Position numbers and translations under genes: made by a program. From Marsupella aquatica (Eukaryota > Plantae > Marchantiophyta): 64,000 bases of DNA. The stretch lies in assembly GCA_973895155.1 (NCBI GenBank), contig OZ316892.1, positions 2,793,223 through 2,857,222 of the forward strand, written 5' to 3'. Shown here piece by piece: positions 12,244 to 22,300 of this stretch. The notes under the pieces were generated by a model. The model saw only the letters and a list, made by a program, of their open reading frames with translations. It searched no databases and was not told where the DNA came from. Numbering within the stretch: position 1 is the first letter of the stretch; the number at the start of each line of letters is the position of its first letter.

Positions 12244-12664
12244 TGTTGAGCATAGACGACGATCGCAACGGCAAGCCCATGAACCATCCAACGCACAATA
12301 GTCGACACAAGAGATACGTGGTTCACCTCCTTGAGGCTACGTCCACGGGAACACACAAGAGAGCTTTACTGAACTCTAAGCCCGTCAGCTATACCGAGTC
12401 TCCACAGTGTAAGCTCTCCCTATCTCTCAAGTGGCTCCATAACAATGAGCCTTGGTTCTACCTCTCCAAGCACACATGCCTCTTATGATATAGTGTGCAA
12501 CTTAGTTGTACCTAACCACATAGTTGTACCTAATCACGTAGTTGTACCTAACCACATAGTTGTACCTAATCACGTAGTTGTACCTAACCACGTAGTTGTA
12601 CCAACCCACGTTGTTGTACCAACCACGTCATACCTAACCTAGACGTAAGAGTAAATACCCAACA
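12244..12664 (-). repeat. 5' LTR of copia element (421 bp), with an 18-bp tandem array in U3
   Basis: TG...CA ends, adjacent to the PBS. About 7 copies of TAGTTGTACCTAA(C/T)CAC(A/G) at ~12503-12628. Confidence 0.97.
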
Positions 12665-13054
12665 CCTAACTATGGTTAGCCTAAGTGCCGTAACCTTTGA
12701 GTCACAAGACTAAGAGCAATCCTTAACAGTTTGCTCCACAATTTCAGGAAAAATCTCCGTAACTACAAGTAACCCGTAGCTTTTGAAGGGCAGTTGTGGT
12801 TTAAGATTATCAGATCAATGTTGCAGTGAAATGTGTAGTTAAGTGAACCCCTTCTTTAAGAGCAGTTATTCATGAACACTCTTCTTGCTCCCAAAGAACA
12901 CAAAATGAGCCAACCCCATTAAGATTACCAGATCACCCCATTATCAGATTGGCCACTGTCCCAAGCTTTGGGAGGACAAATATTGACTTTTCGCCCTTAT
13001 TTACATTGTTAAAATATTCTTGACTAATTATAGTGATGTGGATCCACTAGGTTC

Positions 13055-13131
13055 TAAAAATGGACACCATAAAAGGATTAAGACACCAAAGGACCATGTT
13101 GATGTCTTAATCCTTTGGTGTCCATTTTTAA
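13055..13131. repeat. Short imperfect palindrome/hairpin
   Basis: TAAAAATGGACACCA..AAAGGATTAAGACA paired with TGTCTTAATCCTTTGGTGTCCATTTTTA. Confidence 0.75.
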
Positions 13132-15049
13132 ATTTACATGTAAATTTTCTCAAATTTGTGAGACGTCTTGAGGATATGTAGGTGTGGTCCCAGATTGAAC
13201 TGTGTGCAGATAAATCTCCTTGGAAATGCATCAATTGATATCATGGATAGGTAAGCCAAAAAGATTTGTTTCAAATCATGCAAAACAATTGAAGGACACA
13301 TGTTTGAAAATATACAATGCCAAGATAGTATATTCATGCCCCGACCACAAAGATTTTACCTTTGGCGATGTGTCCACACATTGTTGACCATCTCAAAAAT
13401 TGATAACCATTACAAACTCTTCTCCTTTTTGCACACACAAAAGAAATTGACTTGGAATAGAAAAGGTGTCGGGTAGCAAGGATCAAGCAGGCCTGCTACA
13501 AGGACAGGAAGGCATAGAACGGTGTTCCATTCATGTCTTACCCAAAATCACCCTTGTGATAAGCTCCTTAGTGATTACTATCCCTAGTAAGGGGTGGCGT
13601 GGCGCTCCTTTTCTTTTGGGCTTAGCCTGGTTCCCAAAACTAAGCACCCTTGTGACTAACTCTAGAGGATATATGTATTGTCCCCTGGGGGTGGTGCTTG
13701 GGGAGTAACACTGGAAAATTTGACTACAATCACAAGGGCACATACTTTTGCTCTGAACTTCTTTTCAATTGCAGTCATCTTTGTAGAAAGGTGTTTATCT
13801 AGCATGAAAATAAAATTCAACGAGGGCCTTTTTTCACAGCCACTACTAAAATAGATTTGATTTTGTTGACAAAAACTGAGTTTTATTACTGGTCAGCCCT
13901 CACTTCTCTGGGAACACAAAATCAAGCCTTCCTAGCTGTCTATTTTGTCAATTCAGCTATCTCTGCCATCCATTTTTTATTGCCTGTAAAAACATTGTCT
14001 GTCCACATCAGAAGGCGATCTATGGTGCAAAAGAAAGATCTCGATGAGATCTACTGCTTGCTTTTTTCGGTTTCAAAATGAAATTTAATGAAGTTTTCAC
14101 TTTTCTCAGACATGTTCCTCCTGCCCATTCCTTGGCTTCTATGTGCCCTGCTCAGCATTTATGGCCAATCATATAGTATAAGAGTTCCTTAAATATTTGG
14201 CATGGAGTTGTGGAAATTTTCTTTAATTTACACAATAAGAAAACAAATTAGAGCTATAGATCTCCTAGTCTAGTAGACATGGTCATTGTACAATTATGTA
14301 TAATATAATAATTATGGTCTAGGACGGCCATTACTGGGATGTATGGGCATGACAACGTTCTAACCGGACCTTGCGTCAGCCGGGAGAGATTCTAGAGGAG
14401 TCAAGGAGGGCTCCCCCATAATGGACAGCTGAGATTGTAGTTACCCTACTCCGTTTTGAATAAGTGCCACTTTTTGGGCATGAGATTCTATCAAAATTAT
14501 TAGGAACCACGTGTGATCCAAAATAGGTATTTTTAATAGACATTATTTAACTAAATTTTTTAAAGTGTAGGAAACTAAAGAAGGTAATATTCTCTAATAT
14601 GTACTTTTTATAAAGTAAAATAGGTTATTGATGTTGAAAATAGAGAATATTTTTGGAATATTTTTATAAAATAGGTCTATTTATATTAGGCTATATCGCA
14701 CCTGGTACCCCAAAATATACATTTAGTTAAACCCCCAAATGAGGTTGAGTTTGTTTTCATACATAATCTCAAGTAGATTTTTTTGACTTGTGTTTCAGAG
14801 GCGGAATCTGTAGGGGTTGGATCAATCACTTGAATGTGCCCAGTTGACTCAAATTATATTATAATAGTTGATGATGGGGCTACCTCAAAGGCCAAGCTTC
14901 AAAAGGAATGCTATTGCAACAGGAAGTGACAATGACATTGTTAAAATGACAATGTCTATCAAAGTGGTTATGGCAAGGTTTTGGGCACTTCCCAACCCTG
15001 TGCATATGTTGGTAGAGGTTAATTGGGAGAGAAAATGAAAAGTTGTTAT

Positions 15050-16546
15050 CTCAATTGAATGATAAATGGGTCCTGAAAACAGCTAACATGCTGGGTACGG
15101 CACTGGGCTGGGACAAAAACATTGCTCTTGGTAATTTATCACTACATAAGCTAAATTGTTTTCTTGAGTACCCAAAACAAATGGTAAGCCTTACCTTTCG
15201 GCTAGTCTCATGAACCTCATGAATGGACACAACCAAATTATTCGTAGAGCAAGTGACATTAGATCTCTAAAAGGTGAAGGATATCTGGTTGACAGAGAAT
15301 TCAATATCAATTCTCAGCTTGCTTTTGCTAAAACTATAATAGTTCAACCAAGTATGTTAAAGATAGGGTAAATTAACCAAGGGAGAACGTAAGACTATTT
15401 CTAGCTTTCAGTTTCTTGTTGAGGTCTGGCTGCAGATCTTGTCCAAGCACCAAATCACATGAAAAAGGAGTTGTGAGTGGTGATCGTGCTGTATGCTATT
15501 GATTCTAATTTATGTCTTGTGATGACATGGGTGTACACACTAGCAAAAGCTCACGAGAATGTTATTTTACGGATGTAGACAATCAAACTACTTCTCATCA
15601 TGGATGCCAAAAGAGACTTGCATTCTACTGTCTCATTCGAATGGGGATTGTCAAAGGGTAGGAACTGTACACTTGCATTCTACTTTCTCATTCAAATGGG
15701 GATCCATGAAGGGCAGAAATTGTATGAGTTGTGCGGGAACAACTTCACTAGTTGTCTCGACAAGGCAGACAAAGAGTATGTGAAATAAGTAGCTCATAAC
15801 ACATAGTTTGTTGTGTGTATATTGCTCTGATCTAATTAGAATCTGGCTGCTTCCATACTAGTCTCATCTGGTGCACATTTGTAGAGCAAACCTCTAAAAA
15901 TAAGGCATACTCTTTAAAGAAGTATAATAAAAAGCAATTTCAAAAATATTTACACAATTATAAGGCAAATTTTGTCCTCGAAGTGAAGGAGTATCACCAT
16001 CACATGGCAGTTGAAAGGGAGTGCCGCAGGTCTGATCTTTACATGCAACCTTTTTGTAGTCCTATCGGGAAGGTTTGGTATAATCAGGTCTATAAAGGTG
16101 CTAGAAACACATCACATAAGTGGTTGAAGAATATGCTGATTGTAGTGGGACTAAAAAGAGATTTATTTTTGAGTCAGAGTGAAAGGAGTACACTCATCAC
16201 TCAGATAGCTGCAAAGGGTGTCCCAGACAAAGTCGACATGCTGTTAACTAGCCATCAGATGACAAGAGGCTATTCAAAATATGATGAAACTCAATCTTTA
16301 AACATGAAGGTTGTCACACTTGTATTTGCTAATCCTGGCCTAGAGACATTGGATCACACGAGGAAACAGTTTGTGTCTGAAGAGCTTGTGGGGTTGGGTG
16401 CTGAACAGAAACCTCTAACCAACAGAGTTAGTAACAAATCTAATCTCAAGGTAGCTCTTACAAATGAAATGGAGGTGGTTGACAGTCTATTCTATCCAAT
16501 TTTCCTTCTCAAGTTTTGTGTCATTTGCAGGTGTAGTCATATGTAA
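15050..16546 (+). pseudogene. Decayed Crypton/DUF3504-type tyrosine recombinase gene
   Basis: Collinear fragments: KTNGKPYLSASLMNLMNGHNQIIR (~15170-15245), FNINSQLAFAKT (~15300), FYFLIQMGIHEGQKLYEL...DKADKEYV (ORF 15600-15788), and VWYNQVYKGARNT...SQSERSTLITQIAAKGVPDKVDMLLTSHQMTRGYSKY (ORF 15983-16546). These match the WY...G.NT...(H)S.R.T...GVP...M..T(G)H.....Y pattern of Crypton/ZMYM/KCTD1-like YR domains. Confidence 0.75.
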
Positions 16547-18585
16547 TCTGAGTTATTAATTCAGGGTCTGTTGTATTTGGCAGGAGTCGACAAAGATAGG
16601 AACTTTGGATCTACTAGATTTGAACAGCACCATAACAGACCAAATTCCTTTCATTGAGGATGTTATAGATTGGGATAGCTAGATTGCTAATAAGGATCCA
16701 GGATTTAATAAAAAGTGTGATGCAGCCATCCAACCCACCAAAAATGTCTGTGGGGAATCAAATAACAGGCAATTCATTTCACAATTGCAATGTGACATTC
16801 AAGATTAATCAACGTCAAGTTAATGTGGTCCGTACACTAGAACATAAACCAATACAAAATATTTATGATCTACAAACCAAGTTATTTGAAGGACATGTAT
16901 CTTGGTTTATGTTCTGGTTGTATGGCTGAAATAGATTTACGTGCGATCTGATTTTGCATCCTGACACTGACAAGGGGAAGGAGAACAGAAGATCTACTCT
17001 GCAGGTATGAAGATAGATATATAGTCTTTGATAGATTGTAGCTTACGAGCCATTTTTTAAGCCATTTTTTAAGCAAGTTAGCAGCAATTGTTTAAATCAT
17101 TATTTTGTGCTGCAAAAAATTTGAGTCTTTGATGTTTGGGTTGATCAAGAACAATTGCTTCAAGTTTCTTCCTCTTTGAATAAACTTGAAGCATATTTGT
17201 ATGAACACATTTCTAAAGTGTATGAGGCTACTGCTAGGGCTACTGAACAGGTGTTGTCTTTGGAAGTAAAGACCTGTTGAAAGCGGTGTACACACAAAAC
17301 ACGGGAAGCCAAGAATGACGCATGTTAATGCCAAAAAAGCTTCATCCCCATGGATAACAGATGTTGTACCATGTCACTGGATAAATGAAATGGATTGAAG
17401 ATTAGAAGTTATTAATGGAATAGTCCTTCTGTCCATGTATTACCATCTTCTGTACACTAACTACCACTCTCAGTAGTCTAATTAGAGTTTTCAGTAGGCC
17501 AAATATGGAGTTCCATACATGAATTATGATACAGTAATAAAAGTGCTGTTTGGAGGGCATTAATATATTATAGAATATAATGCCTCCACAAAAGAGTGCT
17601 TCAGCTCGAGTTTTGAGGGGCTACTATATATTGCCCATAATGCTCCAAAAACAAGACCTTGCTACCCTGGCCTGAGAGATTTTTATGTTATCTTTCTTTA
17701 GTGATCATTGAGAAGAATCTTCCTAAAGAGATGATCCAGGTCTTGACCAGGACATTATGCTCTAGAATGCCATGAAATATACAAAGAGAATAATCATGAA
17801 GGGCATTAAGTGTGCCAGGTGGAAGTTAGGGAAATGTCATCAGCAATAGAATTTCCACACTTGTAACCACCTGGACACCAACCCCAAACTACCTAATCTC
17901 TCTAGGGAATAAAGGTTACTTAATTGTGTGTAACCATTTTTGTAGGTGCTTGCTATTCACATGATGTCTTGCCCATAAATGATCTTTTTCTTGACAATAA
18001 TCATGTACTATAATGATGGTTTGGGCAGGGGTTCTAGCCTGAACCTTGTTCCAAGAAAACTTTGAAAAGCTTCCCGGCAAGCCGCCGATTAGGTTTTCCT
18101 GACTTTCTGGTCCTAGGGTTACATCCTAGTAACCCCAAACATTATCCTATACTTTACAGTCTAGTATAGAGTCTCAAATGCATCCATTTTTCTGCTTTCA
18201 CCGCACCCAAGACTATTGTGGTTTGAGACAACTATCATGACTGGTTGGGCACCAATTGTGAGGCCCGACCAGTCATGCCCAGAATTGTAAGAGGCCCCCA
18301 AATCTCAGGAAGCACAATGGCATTCAGTGTCCCATGACCCCACTCATTTTTTAGTACCCCCAAAACTTAAGTCACCTAGTTGTACCCTGTTGCGGTGCTC
18401 CCGAGTGCCCAATGGGCCTCCCGTGAGGTGCCAGTTTTTTGTGGGGTGTCTCAAATACGCCCAATTTTGTGTTTTGACTGCCCCCAAGACTGTTGTGGTG
18501 TGGGACAATATTGTTGTTGCGGTGCTCTTGAGTGCCTAGCATGCTTCCACTAAGGTGCCAATCTTATATACAAAGTGCAAAGGGA

Positions 18586-19144
18586 AGCTAGAGTTGAGGT
18601 CTAGGCTTCTAGAGTGAAGCCTCTAGACTGTGCTTTAGGGCTCCACTATAATATATATGTGCATAGAAAGGAGTATGTTATGATATGTATGATTGTGAAA
18701 ATGATGGGGCCAGCATGATGGTTTTTTATCATTTCATTAACCTTCAAAGAATGATAATAATAAATATATTTTGTTGACACTTTTGTTGTAATTTAACTTT
18801 TAAAGAAGGGTAATAATAAATACTAGCCCTGACTACCTGTTCTTTGAACATGAATCAGTGGGGAGTACAATAAAAGTGTCACCAAATTTTATTCCTTATT
18901 CATATTTTTTGAAGGTCAATGAAAAAAAAAACCATACTCTTTTCTATACACATCCCTCTTTCTATGCATATATGTTATGGTGGGGCCATAGATCATTTTT
19001 TAATATAAGTATAAATCATGACAAAAAGTATGCATGATTATCATTTGACATACATAACATAGTCATGAGTTTTACATACACATGATGAGGCATGTAGTTA
19101 GGGTCTAGAGGCTTCATTCTAGAAGCCTAGGCCCAACTCTAGCT
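18586..19144. mobile_element. Foldback/MITE-like element with nested inverted repeats
   Basis: Outer IR AGCTAGAGTTG..G.CTAGGCTTCTAGA.TGAAGCCTCTAGAC (18586-18628) is mirrored at 19103-19144. Inner IRs at ~18640-18790 mirror ~18865-18990. Confidence 0.75.
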
Positions 19145-19374
19145 TGTAATTGAAGCTTTATAAGTAGGATATTTTGTTGACACTTTTATTGTACTCTAAC
19201 CTCTAAAGAATGATATATTTTGTTGCCACTTTTATTGTACTCTCTTTCTTGGCCCTTTGGTTGTCCCCCCTGATTGGGTCCTTTGCCTGTGGGATCATGT
19301 CTCCCGGTTGGGCGTACTTTGTTTTTTGACCGTGTGATATATACATTTTATCTCTTTTATTCACATTAAAAAAT

Positions 19375-22300
19375 GGGTAATTGGGGCTAGTTTTATTAAT
19401 ATACGAGACTCCCTAGTATAGTGTCTCCTCCTCCTAACTAGTAACAATGTAACTGTGACACCAACCCCAAACTACTTTATGAGAGCCTTCTGCTAGAATG
19501 GGTAATGGGGTCTTAGTTTTATTTAATATACAAGACTCCCTAGTATAGTGTCTCCTCCCCCTAACTAGTAACAATGTAACAGTGACACCAACCCCAAACT
19601 ACTTTATGAGAGCCTTCTAATAGAATGGGTAATCTGGGCTAGTTTTATTTAATTGTTATACCCTAACTAGACTCCATGGTTACCTTAACCATAGTTACCG
19701 TATAAGATAACTCAGACGGAGACTATATAAAGAGATGCACCCATTAATTCTATAAGGAGGAATCTCATTATCATTTCCCGCATCATTCCTCAACACGTTA
19801 TCAGCACGACTCTAGACCAGTTGACCTTGATCATGAATTTTTTTAAGGAATTTCCCTATGGCTATGATGAATGAATGTTCTCTTAAGGATTTCCAAGTTA
19901 TGGAGGAGAATTGAATTGGGAGTGAGAAGGCTAGTAGTTTGAACCACCAAGAGAACATGAGTCACGTTGAAGCAACGACAGGATGTAGCATTGTGGTCGC
20001 ACCGAGAGCAAGCTTATGAAGGTTGTGATATGATCAAAAGAAATTTTGTTTTGAAAGGTGATTCTGAAGATCGTGTGGGAAAGCAGTATCCAAGGCAAGA
20101 GAGATCGAGTTCAGCCGCGCTGCTTCCTTCTACCCAACCAGGCCAGATCAACCTAAATCACTCGAGGCGATGAGTTGACAACCTTAACAAGAGGCAAAAA
20201 GAGGAGCAGAGACCGGAAGCCAAACAGAGACAGCCTTGAATGAAGCCAGGTGGATTGAGAGCAAATCAGGACCCGATCGGGATCATAAGAAAAATTTTCA
20301 AAACCCTAACCTCATAAGGGACGAACGCAGGCGCCTTCTCTTTCCCTGAATTTCACAATGTTCTCAACCGCTGACAGTTTCTTGTTGGTCGATCTGCGAG
20401 CCATAAAGGATGAAAGGAAATGCCCATTACACACGATCGAGTGAAGTACAGGCATTACAAGAGGCCAAACATGGATGTTGAATTGGTCGTTTGCTGATTC
20501 AATGAAGATTTCAATAAGAGCCATTTGATACAGTCGTATCAAATTGGATAAGATAGAAGCAAATGTCGTGGAGGAAGAACATCTTGGCTTTGGTTGTGAA
20601 CGTACGGGAGATGGCATCCAGCGAAAGAAATGAATCATCATTGTGGGGTCTAGATCTGATAGCATTTTCTGAATCCTAAATATGGAATGTTGTGCTTGTC
20701 CAAGAATGAGCCCGAGAAGCTGATCGCAATCAAAGAATGAGCCAAAGCGACAATTGAGATTTCAAGAGACACACATGAGTGACTTAAACATGCAACATTC
20801 GATCTCAAAATCCTCGAGAAAAAAACTCGAACACCAGATAAGTGCAACTCTCATTAAATGCAAAGTATAGTAAAGAGTTTCTGAAATACAAATGCTTGGG
20901 TGCACTTATCCAAAGACAAGAGAATCCCATGTGTTTCAGTGCAAAATCTTCATTTTTGAAAAACTACCCATATATGCACATATTAACAAAGAAAATCTTG
21001 TTGACAACGGATGTTTTGCACTTATGGATAAACAAATGAAATGGAAAATGATAAGTGCACATTGCAAATTTACACAGCAATTTACACAGTTTACACATGT
21101 AAACACATCAACTGGTTTAGGGAAATTACATGTCACTTGTTGAATTCGCATACATTAACATGCCTTACATGTGCAACACATGCTTTACATGCATTTGACA
21201 TATTTACATGTCATACCACCCTTACTTGACTTTGCACATTGGAAATAATGGTTTTATACCAAATACCCCTACTTTCCATTTACAAAGTGGTTGTTACACC
21301 CACTTCAATCACAAAATGGTTTTTACACCATTTTACACCCTTAGTTTAAACCTAATGATACCATTCTAGATTATACCTCATGACACCAGTTTACACTGGT
21401 GTAAGTCTTACCATTGTATAATCCCATGCCTTACATTGGGTTTATACTTGTTTACACTGGTTACACCAGATTACACTTTCTTATAGCATTTACACTGGTT
21501 TACACCAATTTACACCATCAGGGGGAGTAAACTTTGGTCCATACACTTTTTGTGTGTAAATTGACCATTTACAACTTTTACACCAATTGACATGGGTTTA
21601 CACCCATTTACACCCTACATTAGGGCAATATCTTACTTAAGGGCCTTATCCTCATGGTCTTTACACCATAAACAACCCCAACGAGAGCTTTTATAGCCAT
21701 TGTTCGGTGGGATGATAGTTTTTAAGTATGGAACTAATACCATACCTTTAACTATGCTCTATGACCTAGTTTTTGAAGTATTTTGGTAAGGTATAGATTT
21801 TCTGAGATCCACTGATCGATGGCAGATATGTTTCTCATGAAAGATCCAGAATAATCTAAGGTACAGTACTTCAGGTTAGTTCCATGACCTTAGTTTCCGG
21901 CCACATCCAAAAGCGGATAATCAATAACCCTTTAGGGGTTTAACTGCGAATATTTAGAAACCCAAAATAAACTCAAATCAGAATGAGTAATGAGGGGTTA
22001 ATATGGGCAAACCCCATAACTTTGTCCGGTCCAACTTAATTCTAGCTTTCAACTATAAGATATGCATAAAATGCATATTTAGGGGGAGAAAGTTTATTTT
22101 CTCAAACCCCAATCACACTTGATTTACCCACTACGAGTACATTTTGGTACTTGGTCATTAAGTGGGATCTTTTGACTATCACTAGCTCTAAACTATTTTT
22201 ATGTGGAGTTGTTTGACGTTTATGAATATCACTTTACCTCCGCAAGATAACGAATCATTTTGAGCTAGCATTTCTCTGTGCTATGACACACATGGACGTT

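Larger units (their letters stand above)
6634..12664 (-). mobile_element. Full-length Ty1/copia LTR retrotransposon (Tork/Tnt1-like)
   Basis: Two 421-bp TG...CA LTRs (6634-7054, 12244-12664) that read identical. TSD CCTAA (6629-6633, 12665-12669). tRNA-iMet PBS TGGTATCAGAGC at ~12230-12241 (-). PPT AAGGGGAAGAT at 7055-7065 (-). Domain order gag-PR-INT-RT-RH. Confidence 0.97.
6350..12728. mobile_element. Solo LTR (6350-6633 + 12665-12728) split by a younger copia insertion
   Basis: Starts TGTTG and ends TAACA, flanked by 5-bp TSD GTTTG (6345-6349 and 12729-12733). Shares motifs with the inserted element's LTR (TAGTCGACACAA, TACGTGGTTCACCTC, GGCTACGTCCA, TCTCAAGT, ACAATGAG). Confidence 0.8.
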
